Positions 8,427 to 17,893 of a stretch of DNA of 64,000 bases are shown here, one piece after another. Below the pieces are notes generated by a model, which had not been told where the DNA came from, ran no database searches, and was given only the letters and a program-made list of their open reading frames with translations. The DNA is from Eubacteriales bacterium (lineage in GTDB: Bacteria; Bacillota; Clostridia; Oscillospirales; CAG-272): contig JAZLLY010000016.1 in assembly GCA_045598385.1 (NCBI GenBank), forward strand, positions 153 to 64,152, given 5' to 3'. Position numbers and translations under genes: made by a program. Every line of letters starts with the position of its first letter. The first letter of the stretch is position 1.

Positions 8427-10274
8427 ATGACTATGGAAAACACGAAAACAAAACCGAAAAGAATCGGTTTGAAACGGTTTTTACCGTTCGTAAAACCGCA
8501 TCTGAAATACTTTATCATCGGTCCGATCTGCATGATCGTTGAGGTGATCGGTGAAGTGCTGATGCCGAAGATGCTTTCGTACATCATCGACTTCGGTGTT
8601 TATACTTCTTCGGAAAAAGAAGTGCCGCAGTTTGTCCGCGCTATCTTCAACGCGTTCGGTAACAATAATTTCATCGTGGCAATGGCGGCAGGTATGATTC
8701 TTACTGCCATTCTGATGATGCTCGGCGGTGTCGGAGGCGCCTATTTCGGTGCAAAAGCTTCCGTCAATTTTGCCACCGATCTGCGTCAGGCGGTGTTTGA
8801 AAAGATTCAGAACTTTTCTTTTTCCAATACCGACCGATTCAGCACGGGTTCTCTCGTCACGAGAGTGACGAACGACGTCACCCAATTGCAGAACTTCGTC
8901 AATATGCTTCTGCGTATGTGCCTGCGCGCTCCCGGTATGATGATCGGTGCTTTGATCATGGCGATCATTCTGAGCCCGAGTCTGTCCGTCATTCTCGCGG
9001 TATCCATTCCGCTGATGATCGGCGCTATCATATTCATCATTTTCAAAGGTTTCCCGCGTTTTTCCGCGATGCAGACAAAGATCGACGCGCTCAACTCCAC
9101 CGTCGGAGAAAATCTGACGAACGTGAGAGTGGTCAAATCGTTCGTGCGGGAAGAGTATGAGACCGAAAAATTCAAAACCGCGAACGGAAATCTTAAAACG
9201 GCGATGGGTGATGCTTTCGGCGTCATGATCCTGATGTCTCCCGTTATGACATTCGTGATGAACGCGACTTCCATTGCGGTTTTATGGTTCGGCGGCAATC
9301 AGCTTCTTTCCGATCCGTCGTTCGGCACCGGCGATCTCGCCGCTTTCGTGACCTATATCACGCAGATCCTCTCCTCTTTGATGATTCTGACGTTTCTTTT
9401 CGTGATTTTTGCCCGTGCCATCGCATCCGGCAAGAGAATCGCAGAAGTGCTTGATGAGAAGATTGATATTGAAGATTTCGGCGCAGATGACTCGCTTCGC
9501 GTCGGATCCGGTGATATTGATTTCAAAAAAGTCAGTTTCCGCTATTACAAAAACAGTGAAGAAGAGGTGTTATCCGATATCAATCTTCACATCGCGAGCG
9601 GTGAAACCGTCGGTATCATCGGTTCTACCGGTTGCGGAAAGACGACACTTGTTTCCATGATCCCCCGTCTTTATGACGTGGATAAAGGGGAAGTCCTCGT
9701 GGCAGGCAGAAACGTGAAAGATTATACGCTCTTCCACCTTCGGGAGGGTGTCGGTATGGTTTTACAGAAAAACGTTCTTTTCTCCGGTTCGATCCTTGAT
9801 AATCTTCGCTGGGGCAACGAAGCCGCCTCCGACGAAGACGTCAGAACCGCCGCCGATGCCGCTCAGGCAACCGGTTTTGTCGAAGAGTTCAAAGACGGTT
9901 TTCTGACGGATCTCGACCAGGGCGGTTCCAACGTTTCCGGCGGTCAGAAACAGAGACTTTGTATCGCGAGAGCACTTTTGAAAAAACCGAAGATCCTGAT
10001 ACTCGACGACTCGACGAGCGCCGTTGATACGGCGACGGAAGCCAGGATCCGCCAGGCATTCAAAACGTCTCTTAAGGACTCCACGAAGATCATTATCGCG
10101 CAGAGAATCAGTTCCGTGAAAGACGCCGACCGTATTGTCGTGATGAATGACGGCAAAATTACGGGTATCGGCACGCACGACGAACTCCTCGCCGGCAACA
10201 TTGAGTACCAGGAGATTTATTATTCTCAGGTTGACAGAGAGGAGGAAAGCGCAAATGGCAGTCAGAACGCTTGA
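8427..10274 (+). CDS. Heterodimeric ABC exporter subunit 1 (TMD+NBD, degenerate Walker B/switch)
   Basis: Multi-TM domain; GSTGCGKTT, VSGGQKQR, ILDDSTS (D for E), IIAQR (Q for H). Confidence 0.92.
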   Translation: MTMENTKTKPKRIGLKRFLPFVKPHLKYFIIGPICMIVEVIGEVLMPKMLSYIIDFGVYTSSEKEVPQFVRAIFNAFGNNNFIVAMAAGMILTAILMMLGGVGGAYFGAKASVNFATDLRQAVFEKIQNFSFSNTDRFSTGSLVTRVTNDVTQLQNFVNMLLRMCLRAPGMMIGALIMAIILSPSLSVILAVSIPLMIGAIIFIIFKGFPRFSAMQTKIDALNSTVGENLTNVRVVKSFVREEYETEKFKTANGNLKTAMGDAFGVMILMSPVMTFVMNATSIAVLWFGGNQLLSDPSFGTGDLAAFVTYITQILSSLMILTFLFVIFARAIASGKRIAEVLDEKIDIEDFGADDSLRVGSGDIDFKKVSFRYYKNSEEEVLSDINLHIASGETVGIIGSTGCGKTTLVSMIPRLYDVDKGEVLVAGRNVKDYTLFHLREGVGMVLQKNVLFSGSILDNLRWGNEAASDEDVRTAADAAQATGFVEEFKDGFLTDLDQGGSNVSGGQKQRLCIARALLKKPKILILDDSTSAVDTATEARIRQAFKTSLKDSTKIIIAQRISSVKDADRIVVMNDGKITGIGTHDELLAGNIEYQEIYYSQVDREEESANGSQNA

Positions 10275-12174
10275 AGAACTCCAAAAGCAATACGGCGGTA
10301 ATAAAACCGCGAAGCACCGTCATCACGGTCAGAACCCGCCTCGCATGGGTGGCGGCAGAGGACCCGGCAGAGGCGGCGGACCCGGTGTCAGAGCGACGGG
10401 AAAACCGAGGGACGTGAAACAAACCGTCAAACGTCTTTTGTCCTATCTTTCGCCTTATAAAGGGCGACTTTTACTCGTCGTCGTCTGTATGCTTCTTTCG
10501 ACCGGCGCATCCCTTATCGGTGCTTACATTCTGCGCCCTGTCATCAACATACTTGTCGGCGAAAGCGACGCGTCGTTCCTCGGGATTTCTTTTGATACGC
10601 CCTTATCCTGTATCGCCATGATCCTTACGGTCGTTGCCGTCGTTTATCTGTTCGGTGTCGTCTCTTCGTACTTACAGGCGAGACTGATGCTTTCGGTCTC
10701 CCTCGGTGCGACTCAAAAGCTCAGAAATGATCTGTTCCGTAAAGTACAGACCTTGCCGCTTCGCGTTTTTGACTCGGATTCCAACGGCGAGATCATGAGC
10801 CGCTTTACGAACGATATCGACAACATCGACGTTATGCTGAATAATACCGTTGTCAATCTGATTTCCGGTGTGATCTCGCTCGTCGGTACTTTTGTCTTTA
10901 TGGTTTGCACCAATATTTGGCTGACATTGATCACCGTCGTATTCATTCCCATCTTTATCTACCTTTCGGGTTCCATTGCGAAAAGAGCAGGAAAGTATTA
11001 CGTCGGTCAGCAACAGGCGCTCGGCTCCATTAACGGTTATATCGAAGAATCGGTATCGGGGCAAAAAGTCATTAAAGTTTTCAATCACGAGCATACCGTT
11101 ATGGAAGAGTTCAAAGAACTCAACGAAGATATGCGTGACAAACAGTTTAAGGCACAGTACTACGGCGGTATCATGGGACCGATTCTCGGCAACACGAGCC
11201 AGATCAGTTACGCTCTTACTGCGGGTATCGGCGGTCTTATGTGTCTCAAGGGAGTGTTTGATCCCGGCGGACTTGCCGTTTTTGTAAACTATTCTCGTCA
11301 ATTTACCCGACCGATTGATATGATCTCCCAACAGATGAGCACGATCTTTGCCGCTCTCGCCGGTGCGGAACGCGTATTCGGCATTATGGACAGAGATCCC
11401 GAACCGAGAGACGTTTCGTCTCCGGCGGACGCTTCTTCGATCCGCGGCGACGTCAGACTCGAGAACGTTACGTTCGGTTATCTTGAAGGGCAGACGATTC
11501 TCAAAGACATTTCGCTTTATGCGCATCCCGGTCAGAAAATCGCTTTCGTCGGTTCGACGGGAGCGGGGAACACGACGATAACGAATCTGCTCAATCGTTT
11601 TTACGATATTGAAAACGGTAGTATTACCATCGACGGCGTCGATATCAAGGATTATCCTATGGCGGATCTTCGCCGCAATATCACCATGGTGCTTCAGGAT
11701 ACGCATCTGTTTACCGGAACGGTAAAAGAGAATATCCGCTACGGACGCCTTGACGCGACCGACGAAGAGATCGTGGAAGCCGCGAAAACGGCATCGGCGC
11801 ACAGTTTTATCATGCGACTTGAAAACGGATACGATACCGTTCTCGAGGGAGACGGCGCCAACCTTTCGCAGGGACAGCGTCAGCTTCTCAACATCGCTCG
11901 TGCCGCTTTGTCGAAAGCGCCTATTCTCATCCTTGACGAAGCGACCTCTTCCGTCGATACGAGGACGGAACGCCATATTGAGCACGGTATGGACAGACTG
12001 ATGAAAAACCGCACGACGTTCGTCATCGCTCACCGTCTCTCGACCGTCAGAAACGCAAACGCCATCATGGTCCTCGAAAAAGGTGAGATCATTGAGCGCG
12101 GAACCCATGAGGATCTTCTTTCGCAAAAGGGAAGATATTACGAGCTTTATACCGGCGTCCGCGAACTCGATTGA
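10255..12174 (+). CDS. Heterodimeric ABC exporter subunit 2 (Walker A Lys replaced by Asn)
   Basis: RBS GAGGAGG before ATG 10255; GSTGAGNTT, LSQGQRQ, ILDEATS, IAHRLST. Confidence 0.9.
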   Translation: MAVRTLEELQKQYGGNKTAKHRHHGQNPPRMGGGRGPGRGGGPGVRATGKPRDVKQTVKRLLSYLSPYKGRLLLVVVCMLLSTGASLIGAYILRPVINILVGESDASFLGISFDTPLSCIAMILTVVAVVYLFGVVSSYLQARLMLSVSLGATQKLRNDLFRKVQTLPLRVFDSDSNGEIMSRFTNDIDNIDVMLNNTVVNLISGVISLVGTFVFMVCTNIWLTLITVVFIPIFIYLSGSIAKRAGKYYVGQQQALGSINGYIEESVSGQKVIKVFNHEHTVMEEFKELNEDMRDKQFKAQYYGGIMGPILGNTSQISYALTAGIGGLMCLKGVFDPGGLAVFVNYSRQFTRPIDMISQQMSTIFAALAGAERVFGIMDRDPEPRDVSSPADASSIRGDVRLENVTFGYLEGQTILKDISLYAHPGQKIAFVGSTGAGNTTITNLLNRFYDIENGSITIDGVDIKDYPMADLRRNITMVLQDTHLFTGTVKENIRYGRLDATDEEIVEAAKTASAHSFIMRLENGYDTVLEGDGANLSQGQRQLLNIARAALSKAPILILDEATSSVDTRTERHIEHGMDRLMKNRTTFVIAHRLSTVRNANAIMVLEKGEIIERGTHEDLLSQKGRYYELYTGVRELD

Positions 12175-12193
12175 TCCGTAATCATAACACAAT

Positions 12194-12228
12194 AAAAAGG
12201 GAAGAGAATAAACGCTCTTTCCTTTTTT
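12194..12228 (+). terminator. Intrinsic terminator after ABC exporter
   Basis: AAAAGGGAAGAG-AATAAACG-CTCTTTCCTTTTTT. Confidence 0.7.
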
Positions 12229-12376
12229 CTATATTTGCATTTATCTTCACGTAAGATGGATCAGCGAATAAAAAGTTGTGATTTTCATTTTTTCTTCATA
12301 ATATTTGGTTTTTCTTTGATATTTCCCTTTTTTATCGTTAACCGTTCACTATTCGTTGTAAAAAATCAGTAAAACA

Positions 12377-12408
12377 AAAGGACTTGCAAAAACAGCAAGT
12401 CCTTTTTT
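12377..12408. terminator. Terminator after ispH-rpsA (bidirectional form)
   Basis: AAAAGGACTTGC-AAAAACA-GCAAGTCCTTTTT. Confidence 0.75.
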
Positions 12409-12421
12409 ATCAGCCGAAAGA

Positions 12422-14476
12422 TCAGATGGTACCTACGATGTAGGGAGCCATATCCGCTCTTTCTTCCTCTTCGCGTTTTTTCTCAGCTTCACGCTCCGCG
12501 TCGCGCTCTGCTTTTTCGGCAGCAGCGGCTTCGGCAGCGGGTTTCTTTTCTTCGGCTTCCATGAGAGCGCGGATAGAAAGCGCTACTTTACGGTTTTCGG
12601 TGTCGATCTCGACGATTTTGGTATCGACGACATCACCGATCTTCAGTACTTCGGCGGGAGAGTTGACTCTCTGCGTGGAGAGACGGGAAATATGGATCAG
12701 ACCATCTACGTCCTCGAATACTTCGCCAAAAGCGCCGAAAGGCATGATAGCGACGATCTTTGCGGGGACGACGTCACCGACCTTATACTGCTCGGTGAAC
12801 TTCTTGAAATTATCCATATCTTCGGTTTTGTAACCGAGGGAAATTCTGCGTTTTTCAACGTCGATCTCTTTGATAACGACGTCGATTTCCTGACCGACAG
12901 AAACGACTTGAGACGGATGTTTGATACGCTTCCAGGACAGTTCGCTGTTGTGGATCATACCGTCAATGCCGCCGAGATCGACAAACGCGCCGTAAGTCGT
13001 CAGATTCTTGATGACTCCGTGGATACGCTGACCGACGGAAAGTGCGGCGATCGCTTCATTTTCTTTTGCGAGTTTCTTTTCGTTTGCGATGACTTTGATG
13101 GAAGCGATCGCTTTCTTTTTGTCCTCGTCAAAATCAATGATACGAACTTCCTGCGTTGTGCCGGCGAGGGGAGAAAGGTCTCCGTCCTTCGCGATTCCGG
13201 TCTGGGAAGCGGGCACGAACACACGATTGCCTTCGATCGACATGGTGACACCGCCTTTGACGACTGCGGTCACGGTTCCGGAAAGAACGGTACCGGCGTC
13301 ATACGCCTCTTTGAGAGCAACCCAACTTCTGTCGGAGTCAACTCTCTTTTTGGACAGGGTGGCTACGCCTTTGCCATCTTCCACACGAATGACAAACGCC
13401 GTAACCGAATCTCCCACTTTGAACAGGTCTTCCAGTTTGACACCGGGTTCATCGGTGATTTGCTCTTTGGCAATCACACCGGTAAATTTAGCGCCGAGGT
13501 CAAGAAGGATCTCGCCGGGAGTAACCGCGTAAACGGTACCGGTAACTGTTTCTCCTGTATGTAAAGTAGTGAGGGATTCTTCGAGCATTGTTTCAAAATT
13601 GTTTTCCATTGCTTTTAATACCTCCGTTATAATCCCGTCAGGTGTGGAAGCACCGGCGGTAATTCCGATATTTTTTTCCGTAGAGAGTGAAAGTTTCCTT
13701 ACGTCGTCCGCTCCGGAAACAAGATAGGCAGAAGAACAGTTTTCTTTGCAGATTTCGTACAATTTGCGGGTGTTGGAACTGTTCGGACTTCCGACGACTA
13801 CGGTAACGTCGGAACGGGAAGCGAGATTTTTGGCTTCTTTTTGCCTGGTTTCGGTAACATTACATATTGTATCAAAAAAATCAATGTTTGTATATAGTTT
13901 TTTTAAGATTTTTTTCAGATTTTCGTATTCGTGGAGATTTTCTGTTGTCTGTGAGGCAAAAATGACCTTTTTTTCATGGAAATTGAATGTTTGAAGGTCA
14001 TTTTCCGACGAAACGGCGTATTTTTCGCCGCTTGCATAACTGATAATGCCGCGCGCCTCGGGATGTTTACTGTCGCAGAAGAGAAGAAAAACGGTATTTT
14101 CATTTGTTTCCCGCTTTGCGATTTCGTGTATTTTCAATACGGATGGGCAAGTCAGATCAATATAGCGGAAGTCCTGATACGATTTTTTCCATTCGTCGAT
14201 CGTTTGTGCTTCTTCTTTTGTTATCCCGTGGGTGCGAAGAAAAAGCGTGTGCGGAGCGTTCGGTTCATCGGCGAGGATCTGTTGCATTTGTTCAAGCGTC
14301 ACGGAAATTACACCGATCTTCCGGAGAGAGGCGACGTAATTATCGTTATGAATGATATCTCCGAGGGTGTAAAACTTCTCGTTTGCTTTCGCTTCACGGA
14401 TTTCCCGGCGGATCACGGTGTCCGCACGTCTGACGCCGGGACAAAACCCGGCATGCTCGGCTACTCGGATAGGCAT
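12422..14476 (-). CDS. ispH-rpsA: Bifunctional HMBPP reductase IspH / ribosomal protein S1 fusion
   Basis: HAGFCPGV, DLTCPSV, DTICNVT (3 Fe-S Cys), SSNT, GITAGASTP; followed by four S1 repeats (e.g. YGAFVDLGGIDGMIHNSELSW). Confidence 0.93.
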   Translation of the reverse strand: MPIRVAEHAGFCPGVRRADTVIRREIREAKANEKFYTLGDIIHNDNYVASLRKIGVISVTLEQMQQILADEPNAPHTLFLRTHGITKEEAQTIDEWKKSYQDFRYIDLTCPSVLKIHEIAKRETNENTVFLLFCDSKHPEARGIISYASGEKYAVSSENDLQTFNFHEKKVIFASQTTENLHEYENLKKILKKLYTNIDFFDTICNVTETRQKEAKNLASRSDVTVVVGSPNSSNTRKLYEICKENCSSAYLVSGADDVRKLSLSTEKNIGITAGASTPDGIITEVLKAMENNFETMLEESLTTLHTGETVTGTVYAVTPGEILLDLGAKFTGVIAKEQITDEPGVKLEDLFKVGDSVTAFVIRVEDGKGVATLSKKRVDSDRSWVALKEAYDAGTVLSGTVTAVVKGGVTMSIEGNRVFVPASQTGIAKDGDLSPLAGTTQEVRIIDFDEDKKKAIASIKVIANEKKLAKENEAIAALSVGQRIHGVIKNLTTYGAFVDLGGIDGMIHNSELSWKRIKHPSQVVSVGQEIDVVIKEIDVEKRRISLGYKTEDMDNFKKFTEQYKVGDVVPAKIVAIMPFGAFGEVFEDVDGLIHISRLSTQRVNSPAEVLKIGDVVDTKIVEIDTENRKVALSIRALMEAEEKKPAAEAAAAEKAERDAEREAEKKREEEERADMAPYIVGTI

Positions 14477-15778
14477 TTACTGTTCTCCGGGTGCAGGAAG
14501 AGCGGAATAATTGCCGAGACGGATGATGTCGCCGAAAATGCGTTCCGTTGCTTTCTGATACTCGAGGGTTCCGCCGTTTTGGAAGCCGAGTTCTTCATAG
14601 GAAATCGGTTTGCCGATCACAAGATCGACACGACGCAAAAATCCGTATTTTACGTTTTTGACCTTGATACAGACGGGAAGCACGTCGCAACCGGCACGGT
14701 ATGCGATCATCGCCGCACCGTTCTGCGGTTTCGTTTCGGCAGGATTGACGCCGGGCATACGGTGTCCCTGAGGGAAGATGGCGACGGGATTTCCGCGTTT
14801 TGCAAGTTCGATCGAGGTCTTTACGGCACCGATATCGTTCCCGGTACGGTCAACGCTGACGGCACCGAGACTTTTGATCATCGTACCGACGAGGGGAACC
14901 GAGAAAAGTTCTTTTTTTGCTATGAAGTGGATGGGACGGCGCATCGCGCTCGCAACGACGAAGACATCACGAACGGCAATATGGTTGGAGCAGACGAGAT
15001 AGCCGCCCTCTTTCGGAATGTTTTCCTTTCCGGTTACGTGAATATGGAGGAAGAAACGGACGAGCGGTGCCATCCAAGCGTACATTCTCTTATATTTCTT
15101 ATCGGATTTGATCTCTGCTTTGCGGATTTTTACGAGGTCCTCGATCTTTTTCGCCGTTCCCTCGAGATCCAGATGAGAATTGTCAAGAGTAAATGCGTCA
15201 GACGCAGGAACGCAAGGCGAAACTTCACGCGTGGAGTCGTTTCTGTCTCTTTCGTTCATTTCGGAAAGGACTTTTTCGTAGGTGACTTGTTCGTCGCCTC
15301 TTGCTTTCAGTTCTTCATAGCGTCTTCGTGCCCTTGCCTCGGGGGTCGCCGTGAGAAATACTTTGAGTTCGGCGTCGGGAATAATGACGGTACCGATGTC
15401 CCTGCCGTCCATGATCACGGAATTTTTCGCGGCGATATCCTGTTGAAGAGCGAGAAGCGACTGCCTTACCTCGGGAATGGCGCTGACGGCGGAAGCCGCC
15501 ATGGACACCTCGGGTGTTCTTATGAAATCGCCGATATCATTCCCGTTGAGAAGAAGTATCTGGCGATCTGTAAACTTCAGTTCAATATGAATGTCTTTGA
15601 GTTCGGCGACCACCGCGGGCGCGTCCTTCGGGGAGATGCCCTTACTCAAAACGTGATAACCGATCGCACGGTAAAGCGCGCCGGTATCTACGTAAATGAT
15701 CCCCATTTCTTTTGCGATCTTTTTCGCGACGCTGGATTTTCCGGCTCCGCCGGGACCGTCAATGGCAATTCTGAACAT
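14477..15778 (-). CDS. cmk-plsC: Cytidylate kinase / 1-acyl-sn-glycerol-3-phosphate acyltransferase fusion
   Basis: IAIDGPGGAGKSS, DTGALYRA, MDGRDIGT; C-terminal NHIAVRD, FIAKKEL, IFPQGHR. Confidence 0.9.
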   Translation of the reverse strand: MFRIAIDGPGGAGKSSVAKKIAKEMGIIYVDTGALYRAIGYHVLSKGISPKDAPAVVAELKDIHIELKFTDRQILLLNGNDIGDFIRTPEVSMAASAVSAIPEVRQSLLALQQDIAAKNSVIMDGRDIGTVIIPDAELKVFLTATPEARARRRYEELKARGDEQVTYEKVLSEMNERDRNDSTREVSPCVPASDAFTLDNSHLDLEGTAKKIEDLVKIRKAEIKSDKKYKRMYAWMAPLVRFFLHIHVTGKENIPKEGGYLVCSNHIAVRDVFVVASAMRRPIHFIAKKELFSVPLVGTMIKSLGAVSVDRTGNDIGAVKTSIELAKRGNPVAIFPQGHRMPGVNPAETKPQNGAAMIAYRAGCDVLPVCIKVKNVKYGFLRRVDLVIGKPISYEELGFQNGGTLEYQKATERIFGDIIRLGNYSALPAPGEQ

Positions 15779-15795
15779 GGTCGTTTTTCACTTTC

Positions 15796-17028
15796 TTATG
15801 GATTTGATGAATGGGTACCGGCGAGAAAGCCGGAAGAAAAGGCGATCTGGAGATTAAATCCGCCCGTGTAGGCGTCAACGTCAATGATCTCACCGGCAAA
15901 ATACAGTCCGCTTACGCGTTTGGACTCCATCGTTTTCGGATCAATCTCTTTGGTTGAAACACCGCCCGAGGTGACGATGGCTTCTTCTATGGGGCGGAAG
16001 CCCGAAAGAGGGACGGTAAAATCTTTGAGGGTGTGCAATATCGAAGCTCTGTCCGATTTTGTCAGAGAATTGACTTTTTTTCTGGGATCAATCCCCGTTT
16101 TTTCAAGCAGAGGCAGTTGCATTTTTTGCGGTAGAAGCGCGTCGAGGGCGTTGCAAATATCTTTGTTAAGCCGTTCTTCAAAGTCCGAAAGCAGGCGTTT
16201 GTCGAGTACTTCTTCGGACAGCGCGGGCTTGAGATCAATATGCAAAGACAGTTCGCTGATCCGCTTTCCGTGAAGACGGGAAGAAGCAGAGAGAATCGTC
16301 GGACCCGTGACACCGAAATGCGTGAACATCATTTCTCCGAAATCGTCGTACAGAGTCTTTCCGTTTTCCGATACGGAGACGCCGACGTTTTTCAGCGTAA
16401 GTCCTTGCAGCTTCGGGCAGACGGGATCGGGACTTTCGAGTGGCACGAGGGAGGGGCAGAGAGGAACGATCGTGTGACCGAACGATTCCGCGAGACGGTA
16501 ACCGGATCCGTCGGAACCCGTTTGCGGGTAGGAGAGTCCTCCCGTCGCAAGAATGACGCGATCATACATGTATCGGGATCTGTCAGTAAAGACCGTAAAA
16601 ACCTCGCCGTCTTTTGTTAAGGCGGTAACGTTTTCAAACCGGAGTTCAACGCCGTTAATAAAGCGTTTCATAGCACCGACGACGTCGTTTGCGTTATCGC
16701 TGACGGGAAAAACCCGCTTACCGCGTTCCGTTTTCGTGGGAACGCCGAGTTTTTCGAAAAAAGCGACGGTGTCGGACGTGGAAAACGACGCAAGCGCAGT
16801 ATACAGAAAGCGAGGGTTTGTCGGAACGTTCTCGAGAAATTCCGATGTATCCGAAGCGTTGGTGACGTTACATCTGCCTTTGCCCGTGATCGCGAGTTTT
16901 TTTCCGAGTTTCATCGCGTGGTCAAAAAGAGTAACATCGGCGCCGTTTTTTTTGGCAATGCCGGCTGCCATCATTCCGGCGGGGCCGCCGCCGATCACGG
17001 CGATTTTTAACGGTTTATCGCTTATCAT
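15796..17028 (-). CDS. HI0933/BaiN-family flavoprotein
   Basis: GGGPAGMMAA, GKKLAITGKGRCNVTN, ATGGLSYPQTGSDGSG, TGGFNLQIAFSSG; start ATG 17028. Confidence 0.9.
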   Translation of the reverse strand: MISDKPLKIAVIGGGPAGMMAAGIAKKNGADVTLFDHAMKLGKKLAITGKGRCNVTNASDTSEFLENVPTNPRFLYTALASFSTSDTVAFFEKLGVPTKTERGKRVFPVSDNANDVVGAMKRFINGVELRFENVTALTKDGEVFTVFTDRSRYMYDRVILATGGLSYPQTGSDGSGYRLAESFGHTIVPLCPSLVPLESPDPVCPKLQGLTLKNVGVSVSENGKTLYDDFGEMMFTHFGVTGPTILSASSRLHGKRISELSLHIDLKPALSEEVLDKRLLSDFEERLNKDICNALDALLPQKMQLPLLEKTGIDPRKKVNSLTKSDRASILHTLKDFTVPLSGFRPIEEAIVTSGGVSTKEIDPKTMESKRVSGLYFAGEIIDVDAYTGGFNLQIAFSSGFLAGTHSSNP

Positions 17029-17872
17029 AGACGTTATACGTGTTCCAGATGGATTCCAGACGGTTGAATCTTTCGGAGATAAAACTCTGTCTTTTGCAGG
17101 CAATATCCGTGAAGATGGCGTTGACGATGGAGAGCGGCGCAACGAGAGAATCCGTGAAGGAAGCCATATCGGACTCCGCCGTCAAAAGAAAGGAAGCGTA
17201 CTCCGCGAGCGGAGAGACTTCGGAATCGGTGATCACGACGACGCTGGCTTTTCTTTCTCTCGCAAATTTAACGCCGTTTATGATCCTCGTGGAATAACGG
17301 GGAAACGAGAAGGCAATGACGACGTCGTTTTCTCCGGCGGAAAGGAGTTGCTCGCATACTTCTTCGGAGGACGTCGCCTGGATAAGGGATACGTTATCGA
17401 AGAGCATACAGAGATTATGATGGGTGATATAAGCAAGCCCGAGTGTCGATCTGGCAGCGAGAACGAAGATTCTTTTGGCTTTGATAATACAGTCAACGGC
17501 ACCGCTGAAAGCAGTACGGTCGATGGATTCCATCGTCGATCTGATCCTTGTAATATCGGATTCCATGACACTGTCAAGAACGTTTGCGCGTCCGATGCGT
17601 TGTCTTGTCATTTCGACGCGTTCATTCAGAGTCAGTTTGTTTTTCAGCAGTTCATTGACGGCGTCCTGAAATTCCGCGTAGCCGTCATAGCCGAGTTCCA
17701 TCGCGAAACGAACGACGGTCGATTCGGAGATACCGTGCATTTGCCCGAATTTTGCGGCGGTGATATTCGCGATTTTTTCGGATTCATTTAATACGGAATT
17801 CGCGAGGATCTTATGACTTTTCGAGAGTTTCGGAAAGACTTTTCGAATCCGTTTTGATATATCAACTGCCAT
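17015..17872 (-). CDS. MurR/RpiR-family transcriptional regulator
   Basis: SESTVVRFAMELGYDGY HTH; SIS domain FSFPRYS, ITDSEVSPLA. Confidence 0.9.
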   Translation of the reverse strand: MAVDISKRIRKVFPKLSKSHKILANSVLNESEKIANITAAKFGQMHGISESTVVRFAMELGYDGYAEFQDAVNELLKNKLTLNERVEMTRQRIGRANVLDSVMESDITRIRSTMESIDRTAFSGAVDCIIKAKRIFVLAARSTLGLAYITHHNLCMLFDNVSLIQATSSEEVCEQLLSAGENDVVIAFSFPRYSTRIINGVKFARERKASVVVITDSEVSPLAEYASFLLTAESDMASFTDSLVAPLSIVNAIFTDIACKRQSFISERFNRLESIWNTYNVYDKR

Positions 17873-17893
17873 AACTTTTCCCTTTCTTATGTG

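Noticed and set aside
10290-10410. Gly/Arg/His-rich low-complexity N-terminus of ABC subunit 2
   Set aside because: Typical of this exporter family in Clostridia.
10672-12192. 506-aa minus-strand ORF, and similar long antisense ORFs over rel, glgC, glnS, cdaA and rplA
   Set aside because: Codon-bias shadows opposite well-supported genes.
12256-12372. 38-aa hydrophobic ORF MDQRIKSCDFHFFFIIFGFSLIFPFFIVNRSLFVVKNQ between two terminators (type I toxin-like?)
   Set aside because: No SD or clear promoter; the Phe-richness is explained by T-rich intergenic DNA. Ribo-seq or conservation would be needed.
13976-15871. 631-aa plus-strand ORF
   Set aside because: Antisense shadow of cmk-plsC and ispH, which share a frame; no recognisable motifs or RBS.
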